Shown here one piece after another: positions 39,921 through 52,810 of a stretch of DNA of 64,000 nt (positions are counted from its first letter, which is position 1; every line of letters starts with the position of its first letter). The translations under genes and the position numbers were made by a program. This stretch comes from Eledone cirrhosa (lineage: Eukaryota). The notes under the pieces are model-generated. The model saw only the letters and a list, made by a program, of their open reading frames with translations, was not told where the DNA came from and did no database searches. The stretch is taken from the NCBI GenBank assembly GCA_964016885.1, contig OZ024759.1, positions 12,400,001-12,464,000 on the forward strand, written 5' to 3'.

Positions 39921-41072
39921 TTTTCAAATAATCTTGAAAATAGTCCAGAATTTAGACAGATTCTCATTATTATTGCTTTTTAAATATTAAAAAAACAGCA
40001 CTCTTGTTTTACAATAATGAATAACCACATTAGAAGATAAGTTTAGTATTTACATTACTCTATATTTACAATTGTATTTTCGTGGTCAAGGCTTTATCTT
40101 ACATAATTATCTGACATAATATCAAATCTATGAGATTTTAATGTGGCCAGTTACAGCTGGTTTGAACAGAAAGAAGTGAGAGAATTCAGGCCAGATATGA
40201 CTGGTTTAAATGTTTAGATATAGGTCTATGGCTGTGCATATGTGTGCGTGTGTTGTATGTTTGCTTAACTGTGTATGTCTGTGAATATATGCTTGTGTGC
40301 GTGTATGTTGTATGAATGTATGCTTGTGTGTATATTGTCTGCATGTATGTATGCATGCTTATGTGTGAGTTGTATGTATGTATATATACTTGTGTGTGTA
40401 GGCAAAAAAAAAAATGACGGTTTCTTTTATTTGCCATAAGGGCAGCCCACACCTCTCCCCAAATTAATTCAATTCAAGAAAATATCGATAAATATAAAAA
40501 ATTATTAAAAACTTTAAAAAAATAAATAACAAAATATATAATATATAAATAAATCCAACAAAAAAAACAGAATCAGACCACTAAATGTTGACAAAGTGTA
40601 TATATATATATATATATACATAATATATGATATATATATACATGATATATATAATATATATAAGAGCATATAGAGGCAGCAAAAGAATTAAATATGTTTT
40701 ATGTGTCACTTACCCAACAGGAGTCACAATTGTTCTGCACATGCTAGGGGGGAGCAAGAAAGAATTGGAAAAAAAAAAAGAAAAAAAAAGAGAAAGAAAA
40801 AAAGAAAAAAAGAAGAAAAAACAATCAAAGTTAGTGACTGCATCAGAACTCGCTGACTGTGACTGACAGACGAACGGACGGACAGACGACGACGATAGGA
40901 TTCTTTTAGTTTCACTCTCTCTTTCGTTAATTATTTACAAATAGGCTGTATAATTAAAATAGATTAATAGATTATATCTATTAAATCAAAATGCTATAAA
41001 TTCCTCGAGCCTGGTAAGTAAACACCAGCTCCTCATATGATCCTTTTATACATGAATTTGGACACACTGATA

Positions 41073-42200
41073 AAGTACCCAGTCTACCCTGTTTTGTGGT
41101 CGTTTCTGGTGACACGACAAAGAAGTACCCAGTCTACCCTGTTTTGTGGTCGTTTCTGGTGACACGACAAAGAAGTACCCAGTCTACCCTGTTTTGTGGT
41201 CGTTTCTGGTGACACGACAAAGAAGTACCCAGTCTACCCTGTTTTGTGGTCGTTTCTGGTGACACGACAAAGAAGTACCCAGTCTACCCTGTTTTGTGGT
41301 CGTTTCTGGTGACACGACAAAGAAGTACCTAGTCCACCCGATGACCCGATGATGTGGTCGTTTCTGGTGACACGACAAAGAAGTACCCAGCCCACCCGAT
41401 GATGTGGTCGTTTCTGGTGACACGACAAAGAAGTACCCAGTCCACCCAATGATGTGGTCGTTTCTGGTGACACGACAAAGAAGTACCCAGTCCACCCGAT
41501 GATGTGGTCGTTTCTGGTGACACGACAAAGAAGTACCCAGTCCACCCGATGATGTGGTCGTTTCTGGTGACACGACAAAGAAGTACCCAGTCCACCCGAT
41601 GATGTGGTCGTTTCTGGTGACACGACAAAGAAGTACCCAGTCCACCCGATGATGTGGTCGTTTCTGGTGACATGACAAAGAAGTACCCAGTCCACCCGAT
41701 GATGTGGTCGTTTCTGGTGACACGACAAAGAAGTACCCAGTCCACCCGATGATGTGGTCGTTTCTGGTGACATGACAAAGAAGTACCCAGTCCACCCGAT
41801 GATGTGGTCGTTTCTGGTGACACGACAAAGAAGTACCCAGTCCACCCGATGATGTGGTCGTTTCTGGTGACATGACAAAGAAGTACCCAGTCCACCCGAT
41901 GATGTGGTCGTTTCTGGTGACACGACAAAGAAGTACCCAGTCCACCCGATGATGTGGTCGTTTCTGGTGACACGACAAAGAAGTACCCAGTTTACCCTGT
42001 TTTATTGTTGCGTCTGGTGCCACAATAAAATTGCACCCAGTCCACCACATTAGATGGTCATGCTGATGACATATAAAAAAAAAAGCACCCAGTCTACCCT
42101 ATTATGTGATCGTTTCGGGTGCCACAATAAAATAGCATCCAGTCCAGCACATTAGGCGGTCATGCTGGTGACATATAAAAAATGTACCCAGTCCACCAAT
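41073..42200. repeat. 50-bp minisatellite with degenerate flanks
   Basis: gtacccagtccacccgatgatgtggtcgtttctggtgacacgacaaagaa. Confidence 0.9.
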
Positions 42201-42230
42201 GTCAGCTAATCATGACAGTACCACAAGGGG

Positions 42231-42266
<36 letters not shown>

Positions 42267-42688
42267 CCCAGTACATGCTGTAATGTGTTTGGCGTTAAGA
42301 AGGGAATTCAGCTATAAAAACCAGGCCCAAAACAAATCTGTATGAGCAAAATATGGTCACCTAACTTGACATGAGTAACCTCATAACATAACCTATCTAA
42401 CCCATGCAAGCAGGGCCGGGGCAATTACCCCAGCCCCGTGCAATAGGGGTCCCCATCAGCGACAGCCATACCAATTTATTTGTTCCCTCATTTGGGCTTT
42501 TTAGTTTTAGAATGGCTAAAATTTTTTATTTAAGACCTGTATGTATAACTTTGACATGTAAAATTGGGAGGGTTTGCTGTGTGTTCTAATTTTTTGTGTA
42601 TGAGCCTCCCATCCCACCCCCGGTTTTATCCAACCCTGCATGCAAGCATGGAAAATAAATGTTAAACATTTACAAGATAGATGTTTAA

Positions 42689-42893
42689 CCCTTTACCATT
42701 CACATTACTCTATATTTACTATTGTGTATTCACAGTAAACTCTTTATCTCACACAATATCGAATCTATGAGATTTTGATATTTATTTTGAGAACAATACC
42801 TTTACATGAGTATGAGCAGTCAATTACGGCTGGTTTAAACAGAATGAGGTGAGGGAATTCTGGTCGGATATGGCTCATTTAAATGCTAAAGGG
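42689..42893 (+). mobile_element. TTAA MITE
   Basis: TTAA-CCCTTT...AAAGGG-TTAA. Confidence 0.8.
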
Positions 42894-42896
42894 TTA

Positions 42897-43055
42897 AGTA
42901 TTGGCTTTGATGCTGTTTGGCTTCTCTTTGCAGCTTGAGCCTGTGGGGTTGGAGCAAGGGCATGGCAAAATAACCAGATGGCATCATGGTATCTTCCCGT
43001 TCCATGGTGATAAACCCCTTTTCTGGGATGTGACATATAGTGAGATTTTCTCCAG
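42897..43055 (+). pseudogene. third decayed CRE-like fragment
   Basis: QLEPVGLEQGHGK...FPFHGDKPLFWDVT, homologous to 10075-10210. Confidence 0.5.
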
Positions 43056-43064
43056 TGTGAGTGT

Positions 43065-43295
43065 TACATTTACTATGGCCATGTGGTTAGAATGTCGCAG
43101 GAAAGAATCACTGGAGAGATTTTACGGGTGAAACCAACAGGTAGGAGACCCCGAGCAAGATGGTTGGATAACATCCATGAGCTTGGCTGGTCTCGATTGG
43201 GGATCCAGCCAGATCAGTTGGAGACGGTTGCTTCTGGAAGGAGTGTTTGAGGACTCTGCCCTTACGACCCTCTCTGGAATAAGTGGACAAAGAGG
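43065..43295 (+). mobile_element. RTE-like LINE 3' end fragment
   Basis: GHVVRMSQERITGEILRVKPTGRRPRARWLDNI. Confidence 0.55.
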
Positions 43296-43694
43296 TCAGT
43301 GTTACTTTCATCAAAAGACCAAGGCTTTATTGCCTGAGGAATTTGTTGAAGACCTCAAACTGTTGAAGCATCATCCATTTTCCAGTTAAGCATGTCGTTG
43401 AACCTGCAGTGGTGGAGACCTGTGACATTCTCGGTCAGCCATGCCACCTCCCTACACAATATCAGGACAGACTTGGCCACCCGCAAGAGTAAGTCTCTAT
43501 CCTCCAGGCTAACTCTTTATCTGTTCTGTTTACTGGGACTACAAGGTAGCTTTTACCTGGGGTTCTTCCTGTCCACCAGAGAGGAGAGCACTCCCCCATG
43601 CTGTTAAGGCCCATCATTGTGATAGTGATGGTATAGGTTACTGATACCCTAGCAGCTATACTGGTCTCTCTCTCTCTTTATTATTATTATTACT

Positions 43695-43918
43695 AGGGCT
43701 GTGGATTGGCAGAGTCAGTAGAGCGTTGGACAACATGCTTTGTAGCATGTAGTTATGGCCCTTTACCTTCTGAGTTCAAATCCCGCTGAGGTTAGCTTTG
43801 CCTTTCATCCTTACGGAAGGTCAATAAAATAAAGTACCAGTAATGCTCTGGGGTCAATTTAATTGACTCTCACCTTCCCTTCAAATTGCTGGCCTTGTGC
43901 TTAAAGTAGAAACAATTA
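43695..43918 (+). mobile_element. tRNA-derived SINE family 1
   Basis: Homologous to 21143-21329; (ATT)n tail. Confidence 0.75.
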
Positions 43919-43994
43919 TTATTATTATTACTGTTACCTTTACATCAGTGTGATTCTTAAATAGGTGGCATGGAATATTAGCCAGGTGTAAAAT

Positions 43995-44405
43995 AAAGGC
44001 TCCCCTATCTCAGTTGACTATAGGCTCCCCTATCTCAGTTGGCAATAGGCCCAGTCCAGATATTAAATATAGGCTCCCCTATCTCAGTTGGCAATAGGCC
44101 CAGTCCAGATGTGAAATGTAGGCTCCCCTATCTCAGCTGGCAATAGGCCCAGTCCAGATGTGAAATGTAGGCTCCCTACCAAAATTGGCAATGGTCCCAC
44201 TCCAGATGTGAAATGTAGGTTCCCCTACCAAAGTTGGCAATGGTCCCAGTCCAGATGTGAAATGTAGGCTCCCCAATCTCAGCTGGCAATAGGCCCAGTC
44301 CAGATGTGAAATGTAGGTTCCCCTACCAAAGTTGGCAATGGTCCCACTCCAGATGTGAAATGTAGGCTCCCCTTCCAAAGTTGGCAATGATCCCAGTCCA
44401 GATGT
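43995..44405. repeat. about 52-bp tandem repeat
   Basis: ttggcaataggcccagtccagatgtgaaatgtaggctcccc. Confidence 0.8.
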
Positions 44406-44549
44406 AAAACACTAGTAATAGTCCCAGATCAGATCCGGACTGAAGTCTCACTTTCAAACTGCTCATTAAGTATTTTAGTAATTAGAATTAAATATATATG
44501 ATGTAATGTCAAACACTACAGGTGTGTATATATATATATATATATATAT

Positions 44550-44913
44550 ATTTGAATTTGTTTTGCAATATTTCTTATCTGAAAACGTGTGTTGAAACAG
44601 ATATTGCTATACTTTGGGAGGGTCATGCTGCCAATAAAAACACATGCACCTGTTGGTTTTCACTTCAATTTATTATAAATTTCCAGTTGGTCTCTCCTTT
44701 GATCTGCCCTACACCATCTTGTTTTTGACACAAAATAAAAACACAGTCACTGAGGAGGTCACAGAATGTGTGAGAAAAGCGCTTTGACAATATATAAGCA
44801 GCCATCCGGTTATCGAACCAACCAACCAACCACAAAATTATAATAAATTAAAGTGAAAACCAACAGATGTGTGTGTTTTTATTAGCAGCATGACCCTCCC
44901 AAAGTATAACAAT
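44550..44913. mobile_element. family B fold-back element with an about 155-bp loop carrying a degenerate hammerhead
   Basis: Diverged inverted arms atattgctatactttgggagggtcatg... / ...catgaccctcccaaagtataacaat. Confidence 0.65.
44746..44788 (+). ncRNA. degenerate hammerhead motif in the loop of the family B fold-back
   Basis: GTCA CTGAGGA ggtcaca gaatg tgtga gaaa agcgct t TGAC. Helix I GTCA/TGAC, palindromic AGCGCT; the G12 region is apparently mutated. Confidence 0.5.
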
Positions 44914-44925
44914 TATATACATATA

Positions 44926-45444
44926 TATATTTCCGTAGGTACTTAGTACCTGTTGGAATATTTATCTCATTTTATATGTATTCTCCTTCTGTGTAGAGAA
45001 AAAAATGTTGAATCGTGCTGCTATTTTTTTAGTAGCATGAAAGACAACGAGTCTATAATCTCGCTCTTACTTGTGGCCTGTTTATGTGTGGGTCACTTTA
45101 ACGGCCTGACCTCATACATTGGGCTGGAAGCAATATATTTACAAACTGTGAGGCTTTATGCCCTATAGAATGGAAATAGCTGTCTGAAGAGCTGATCTTT
45201 CCATTGGAAATTCTCTGAATTTCCAATCTTTTGATAAATGAAACCGTAGGTAACAGCATTAGAACAGGTGAATATTTAAATTGTATTTTAATTTATTTAA
45301 AAGATTGTTTAATGTTTGCTTGTTCCGCTCATTTTTATAGTTCTGGTATCTCAAATTACTACCATTGAACAACAATTATTATAGACACCATGTATATTTC
45401 CGTAGGTACTTAGTACCTGTTGGAATATTTATCTCATTTTATAT
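44926..45444 (+). mobile_element. hammerhead-carrying 467-bp unit with a 52-bp terminal direct repeat (pLTR/retrozyme-like, element G)
   Basis: tatatttccgtaggtacttagtacctgttggaatatttatctcattttatat at 44926-44977 and 45393-45444; flanked by (TA)n. Confidence 0.6.
45179..45257 (+). ncRNA. type I hammerhead ribozyme motif (direct-repeat element G)
   Basis: Helix I GCTGT/ACAGC; core CTGAAGA; long helix II with a perfect 11-bp hairpin attggaaattc/gaatttccaat; GAAA-CC(GTA)GG-TA; GUA cleavage triplet ending 45252. Confidence 0.72.
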
Positions 45445-45462
45445 ATATATATATATATATAT

Positions 45463-45615
45463 GTAATAAAGAACATAAGATAATTATTTCATTTACCAAA
45501 GGTTTCATGAAGACAGACGAGCCTGACATAGACATCTGACTTCGCTAACTAAAACGCTCTATAGTCTACATAGAGCACTCTCTTTTCCTTTACCTTTCCT
45601 ACGGAAACACTTCAT
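45463..45615 (-). mobile_element. family A copy (only the 3' half of the hammerhead retained)
   Basis: Reverse complement matches 14590-14650 and 14765-14820; GAAA-CC(TTT)GG-TA-AATGAA present. Confidence 0.6.
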
Positions 45616-45843
45616 ATATATATATATATATATACACACATAGTTAGTTCCACAACAGCGCTTATTGACCATTCAGTCGAGCGTGAAGATCTGCAAGGTG
45701 AGACGTGTCCTCGATAATGGTTTATTAACTGTTGTGGAACTTCTACAGGAATCGTCCCACGGACTAAATGCTCTACTACTATGGATATAACCTCCCAGTG
45801 TTCTACCACAATACATGTCTCCAGTTATATATATATAAAACGT

Positions 45844-45988
45844 GAAGGCACATGGCTTAGTGGTTAGAGCATTGGGCTTGCAATCGAAAGGTTGTGAGTT
45901 CAATTCTCGGACCAGGTGATGTGTTGTGTCCTTGAGCAAGACACTTTATTTCACATTGCTCCAGTTTACTCAGCTGTAGAAATGAGAT
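45844..45988 (+). mobile_element. tRNA-derived SINE family 2 (head and core)
   Basis: tggcttagtggttagagc A-box and gagttcaattct B-box; core gtccttgagcaagacactt. Other copies at 23860-24194(-), 33725-34073(-), 54058-54390(+), 18668-18885(+, headless) and 20596-20672(+). Confidence 0.75.
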
Positions 45989-46302
45989 GAAGAGGTACCG
46001 GCCTGCCCGCCCAGCCAGTGGGATGGCGTTATCTCATGGCTAAAACAGCACGACGTGCTGTGACCAGTGGCGCCGAATGGATGCCCGACAGACTGGTCGG
46101 TCAAGGTGATATATAGCAAGGTGTCATCAACGTGACATTCATCATACTCCCTCCCTCTATAACACATGTAAGTTATCTGATTACTCTAAACACACACATT
46201 CATACATGTGTGTGTGTGTGTCAAAGAAAAACAGAAATAACAACACAAACTGTACAGTATATGGAAGGACGATAGTTTAACGCTTGGAATAGCAGGAAGA
46301 AA

Positions 46303-46338
46303 GTCTTAATGTTTCGGACTCTAGTTCTTCATCAGAAG
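46303..46338 (-). ncRNA. degenerate minimal hammerhead motif
   Basis: Minus strand CTT CTGATGA agaactagagtcc GAAA cat TA agac. Core boxes are intact but the helices are weak. Confidence 0.42.
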
Positions 46339-46414
46339 AAAAATTGAAGGGACGGGAAGGGCAGAATCGGAAAAATGTTTTTTAGAGAAAAATAACAAGT
46401 CCATTCATGTTGCC

Positions 46415-46472
<58 letters not shown>

Positions 46473-46499
46473 ACTTACATGTAACAGAACAGAATAAAA

Positions 46500-47885
46500 C
46501 ACACACACACCCCTACACAAACAGCCACAAATACACGCACACACCCTGACACAAACAGCCACAAACACACACACACACCTACACACACCCTTACACAAAC
46601 AGCCACAAACACACACACACCTACACAAACAGCCACAAATACACACACACATACCTACACAAACAGCCACAAATACACACACACCTACACAAACAGCCAC
46701 AAACACACACACACCTACACAAACAGCCACAAACACACACACACCTACACAAACAGCCACAAATACACACACACATACCTACACAAACAGCCACAAATAC
46801 ACACACACCCCTACACAAACAGCCACAAACACACACACACATACCTACACAAACAGCCACAAACACACACACCTCTACACAAACAGCCACAAACACACAC
46901 ACACCTCTACACAAACAGCCACAAATACACACACAGACACCCCTACACAAATACACACACACACACACACCTCTACACAAACAGCCACAAATACACACAG
47001 ACACCCCTACACAAATACACACACACACACCTATACAAACAGCCACAAATACACACACACACACACACACCTACACAAACAGCCACAAACACACACACAC
47101 CTACACAAACAGCCACAAATACACACACATACCTACACAAACAGCCACAAATACACACACACCTCTACACAAACAGCCACAAATACACACACACATACCT
47201 ACACAAACAGCCACAAATACACACACACATACCTACACAAACAGCCACAAATACACACACACCTACACAAACAGCCACAAATACACACACACCCCTACAC
47301 AAACAGCCACAAACACACACACACACATACCTACACAAACAGCCACAAATACACACACACATACCTACACAAACAGCCACAAATACACACACATACCTAC
47401 ACAAACAGCCACAAATACACACACACATACCTACACAAACAGCCACAAATACACACACACATACCTACACAAACAGCCACAAATACACACACACATACCT
47501 ACACAAACAGCCACAAATACACACACACACCTCTACACAAACAGCCACAAATACACACACAGACACCCCTACACAAATACATACACACACACCCCTACAC
47601 AAACAGCCACACATACACAAACAGCCACAAATACACACACACACATACACAAACAGCCACAAATACACACACACCCCTACACAAACAGCCACAAATACAT
47701 ACACACACACACCTCTACACAAACAGCCACAAATACACACAGACACCCCTACACAAATACACACACACACACACCTACACAAACAGCCATAAACACACAC
47801 ACCTCTACAGAAACAGCCACAAATACACACACCTACACAAACAGCCACAAATACACACACACACACACCCCTACACAAACAGCCA
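46500..47885. repeat. CA-rich minisatellite
   Basis: cctacacaaacagccacaaatacacacac. Confidence 0.9.
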
Positions 47886-47982
47886 CCCCACCAACCACAC
47901 ACATGTGGAGGCAAAATGTTTCCCCCCACCTAAGTTCTGCAGTAACTGGACAGGTTAGATCAGCAATAGAATCTATTTCTAA

Positions 47983-48910
47983 AGTAATGTCTGGGAAAGC
48001 CATGCACATCACTAATTCTCATGTAACTGTTGTTGTTGTTTGTGTCTATATCAACCTCAGTAATGTCTGGGAAAGCCATGCACATCACTAATTCTCATGT
48101 AACTGTTGTTGTTTGTGTCTATATCAACCTCAGTAACAACTGGGAAAGCCATGCACATCACTAATTCTCATGTAACTGTTGTTGTTGTTTGTGTCTATAT
48201 CAACCTCAGTAACAACTGGGAAAGCCATGCACATCACTAATTCTCATGTAACTGTTGTTGTTTGTGTCTATATCAACCTCAGTAACAACTGGGAAAGCCA
48301 TGCACATCACTAATTCTCATGTAACTGTTGTTGTTTGTGTCTATATCAACCTCAGTAACAACTGGGAAAGCCATGCACATCACTAATTCTCATGTAACTG
48401 TTGTTGTTGTTTGTGTCTATATCAACCTCAGTAATGTCTGGGAAAGCCATGCACATCACTAATTCTCATGTAACTGTTGTTGTTTGTGTCTATATCAACC
48501 TCAGTAACAACTGGGAAAGCCATGCACATCACTAATTCTCATGTAACTGTTGTTGTTGTTTGTGTCTATATCAACCTCAGTAATGTCTGGGAAAGCCATG
48601 CACATCACTAATTCTCATGTAACTGTTGTTGTTTGTGTCTATATCAACCTCAGTAACAACTGGGAAAGCCATGCACATCACTAATTCTCATGTAACTGTT
48701 GTTGTTGTTTGTGTCTATATCAACCTCAGTAACAACTGGGAAAGCCATGCACATCACTAATTCTCATGTAACTGTTGTTGTTTGTGTCTATATCAACCTC
48801 AGTAACAACTGGGAAAGCCATGCACATCACTAATTCTCATGTAACTGTTGTTGTTTGTGTCTATATCAACCTCAGTAACAACTGGGAAAGCCATGCACAT
48901 CACTAATTCA
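47983..48910. repeat. 72-75-bp minisatellite
   Basis: ctgggaaagccatgcacatcactaattctcatgtaactgttgttgtttgtgtctatatcaacctcagtaacaa. Confidence 0.9.
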
Positions 48911-48944
48911 ACATCACTGTTATTGCCTAGGTGACAACTGTCAA

Positions 48945-49352
48945 GAGAACTCTTCGGCCCTGTCAAAGACATGACAACCTCGCTAGTGCTGGTGCCATGA
49001 TAAAATGCACCTAGTGCACTCTGTAAAGTATTTGGTGACAATATAGAGTCGAGAGAACTCTTCGGCTATGTCAAAGACACGACAACCTCGCTAGTGCTGG
49101 TGCCATGATAAAATGCACCTAGTACACTCTGTAAAGTATTTGGTGACAATATAGAGTCGAGAGAACTCTTCGGCTATGTCAAAGACACGACAACCTCGCT
49201 AGTGCTGGTGCCATGATAAAATGCACCTAGTGCACTCTGTAAAGTATTTGGTGACAATATAGAGTCGAGAGAACTCTTCGGCTATGTCAAAGACATGACA
49301 ACCTCCCTAGTGCTGGTGCCATGATAAAATGCACCTAGTACACTCTCTAAAG
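48945..49352. repeat. 108-bp tandem repeat (about 3.7 copies)
   Basis: gagaactcttcggc...gtgctggtgccatgataaaatgcacctagt. Confidence 0.85.
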
Positions 49353-49672
49353 TGATCCAGCTGTAGAAAACTCACAAAGTGGTTGAGAAGATTCTTCAGT
49401 TGTGTATAAGAGATGTTTGTATGGCAAACTTATTGTTTACATGGCAACATTCTAAACACTCAACAACAACAACAACAACTCTAAAGCCATTTCCCAACAC
49501 ACTAATCACTAAACCATACACACACCTTCACTACGACTTATTATTTCAACTATTTGACCTTCCGCCTACATCATAAACCATTATTTCAACTTGCAATGAC
49601 TACACCTCAAATAACCCTCATTGATTATAGTGCCACTTCTACGCAAGATTTTGTCAATGGGATCATTTAAGA

Positions 49673-49972
49673 CAGTGGTCTCCACCCTTTTTTATACCAC
49701 TGACTGGCTTTATGCTGGACAATCTTTCCGATGACCGGTAGCTGTACATATGTGTTATTTAAGTGTATTTCAATAGAGAAAGTAATAATGTAAAGAGCAA
49801 TTTATTAAAGTAGGTGAATATTGAATATTTAAACAAATCTTTTAAAATTAAAGTCCAATATTCAATTTATCTATTATATAATATTAAACAAGTTAATTAT
49901 TTCATTGCGGCCCGGTAGCAAATGATCCATGGACTGGTACCTGTCCGTAGCCCAAAGGTTGGGTGACCTCTG
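49673..49972. mobile_element. hAT-like MITE
   Basis: CAGTGGTCTCCACC / GGTTGGGTGACCTCTG ends; 8-bp TSD atttaaga/gtttaaga (7 of 8 match). Confidence 0.7.
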
Positions 49973-50094
49973 GTTTAAGATATACAACACATGAGACAAA
50001 GATAGCAGTAAATCAATAGTAGCATTTACACAGAAAATGTTTGCAGAAACATAAATAAAAAACGGTAAACATGTGAAATGACTGAAGAACTTAA

Positions 50095-50288
50095 CCCTTT
50101 ACCATTTACATTACTCTATATTTACGATTGTATTTTTGTGGTAAAGGCTTTACCTCACATAATAACAAATCTATGAGATTTTGATGTTATTTTGTGAACA
50201 ATACCTTAACATAAGTATGAGTGGCCAGTTATGGTTGGTTTGAACAGGAAGAGGAGGGAGAATTCTGGCCAGTTTAAATGCTAAAGGG
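50095..50288 (+). mobile_element. TTAA MITE
   Basis: TTAA-CCCTTT...AAAGGG-TTAA. Confidence 0.8.
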
Positions 50289-50334
50289 TTAAAATATATG
50301 GCACACTTGAGACAAGGCGAGCAGTAAATTGTGG

Positions 50335-50960
50335 GTGACAAACTCAAGGGCTGCCCCTGGGTAGAACACTTTATAACTATCCCGCTGTGAAGGGCCAGGG
50401 AGTCAGGATAAACTGAAGGGTTACCTCTGGGTAGAACACAGCAACTACTTCACTGTGAAGGGCCAGGGAGTCAGGATAACAAACTCAAGGGCTGTCCCTG
50501 GGTATAACACAACAACTACTTCACTGTGAAGGGCCAGGGTGCCAGGATAACAAACTCAAGGGCTGTCCCTGGGTAGAACACAGCAACTACTTCACTGTGA
50601 ATGGCCAGGGAGTCAGGATAACAAACTCAAGGGCTGTCCCTGGGTATAACACAACAACTACTTCACTGTGAAGGGCCAGGGTGCCAGGATAACAAACTCA
50701 AGGGCTGTCCCTGGGTAGAACACAACAACTACTTTACTGTGAAGGGCCAGGGTGTCAGGATAACAAACTCAAGGGCTGCCTCTGGGTAGAACACAACAAC
50801 TACTTTACTGTGAAGGGTCAGGATAACAAACTCAAGGGCTGTCCCTGGGTAGAACACAGCAACTACTTCACTGAAAAGGGGCAGGGAGTCAGGATAACAA
50901 ACTCAAGGGCTGTCCCTGGGTAGAACACAGCAACTACTTCACTGAAAAGGGGCAGGGTGA
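50335..50960. repeat. about 70-bp tandem repeat
   Basis: caggataacaaactcaagggctgtccctgggtagaacacagcaactacttcactgtgaagggc. Confidence 0.85.
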
Positions 50961-51249
50961 CACACAGTAAGAGTAAAACATTAACTGATTCATGAAAAAA
51001 TTAAACCAAAAATATAATAAAGTTAAAAAAAGCAAACAAAAAATTGTTTTAAAAATAAAAATTAATTAGAAATATTTTAATTTGTATTGTTAGAGATTAA
51101 CCCCATCCCCCCGGCACCACCATCATCAGTATGTCATGTAACATATGTGCTTTTGTTAGTTAATACAATGAAGTACAAGTAGTATAGGGTGGGAGATGGG
51201 GGTGCAGGCCACACTGGGGCAATAGCTTTGGGTCTGTTGAGATATTTAA

Positions 51250-51937
51250 TCCTTTAGCATTTACATTACTCTATATATACTATTGTATTTTCACAGTAAA
51301 GGCTTTACCTCACATAATATCTCACATAACATTTACATTACTCTATATATACTATTGTATTTTCACAGTAAAGGCTTTACCTCACATAATATCTCACATA
51401 ACATTTACATTACTCTATATATACTATTGTATTTTCACAGTAAAGGCTTTACCTCACATAATATCTCACATAACATTTACATTACTCTATATATACTATT
51501 GTATTTTCACAGTAAAGGCTTTACCTCACATAATATCTCACATAACATTTACATTACTCTATATATACTATTGTATTTTCACAGTAAAGGCTTTACCTCA
51601 CATAATATCTCACATAACATTTACATTACTCTATATATACTATTGTATTTTCACAGTAAAGGCTTTACCTCACATAACATTTACATTACTCTATATATAC
51701 TATAGTATTGTCACAGTAAAGGCTTTACCTCACATAACATTTACATTACTCTATATATACTATTGTATATTCGTGGTAAAGGTTTTACCTCACATAATAT
51801 AGAATCTATGAGATTTTGATGTTATTTATTTTGTGAACAATACCTTAACATCAGTATGAGTGGGCAGATACGGCCAGTTTGAACAAAAAGAGGTGAGAGA
51901 ATTCTGGCCAGATATGGCCTGTTTAAATGGTAAAGGG
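51250..51937 (+). mobile_element. TTAA MITE with an internal 72-bp tandem expansion
   Basis: Same family; the same internal segment is amplified as at 19404. Confidence 0.75.
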
Positions 51938-52119
51938 TCAAGTATGTAGAAAATCTGGGGAGTAGGGGCATCAAAATGAAGGGCTGCCCACTATGTCACA
52001 GTGGGGGTGACAAACTAAAGGGCTACCCATGGGAGGGCACACACATACAATGCCACATTGAAAAACCAGGGAATGGGGCGAAGACTGAGCAAAGCTGCAG
52101 GTTTTAATAATAATAATAA

Positions 52120-52810
52120 TGAAAATTATTGTGAACAGTGCTCAGGTGCACTACAACTCATCAAAGGTGCATGTATAGTACATAGAATAATGTATAAATG
52201 TTAGGAAAATGAACAGTGTATGAGTCATGAAATACATGTGTGTGTGTGTATGGAGTGGGGACATCAGGTGTAGTGTTGGCGAATTTCAGGAAGCACGGAG
52301 GTTTTAAAGGATGCAGTGTCTCGACAGCTAACAACTGATGCAGGTAGTTTGTTCCATGGAGGTTTTAAAGGATGCAGTGTCTCGGCAGCTAACAACTGAT
52401 GCAGGTAGTTTGTTCCATGGAGGTTTTAAAGGATGCAGTGTCTCGGCAGCTAACAACTGATGCAGGTAGTTTGTTCCATGGAGGTTTTAAAGGATGCAGT
52501 GTCTCGACAGCTAACAACTGATGCAGGTAGTTTGTTCCATGGAGGTTTTAAAGGATGCAGTGTCTCGGCAGCTAACAACTGATGCAGGTAGTTTGTTCCA
52601 TGGAGGTTTTAAAGGATGCAGTGTCTCGGCAGCTAACAACTGATGCAGGTAGTTTGTTCCATGGAGGTTTTAAAGGATGCAGTGTCTCGACAGCTAACAA
52701 CTGACGCAGGTAGTTTGTTCCATGCTTCAGCAACTCTGAGTTTGAAAAAATGTTTCCGAAAGTCATGGGAACTGTGCTGTTTTCTGACTTTGTGGACATG
52801 TCCACAGGTG
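52120..52810 (-). mobile_element. CR1/L2-like 3' end with an internal 61-bp segment amplified about 7-fold (52296-52723)
   Basis: WNKLPASVVSCRDTASFKTSM C-terminus repeated. The 3' UTR also matches 36765-36975. Confidence 0.65.

Noticed and set aside
45844-45915. tRNA-like sequences with A and B boxes (also 21143, 43695, 24120-24194)
   Set aside because: They continue into multi-copy SINE bodies and lack a complete cloverleaf, so they are SINE heads rather than tRNA genes.
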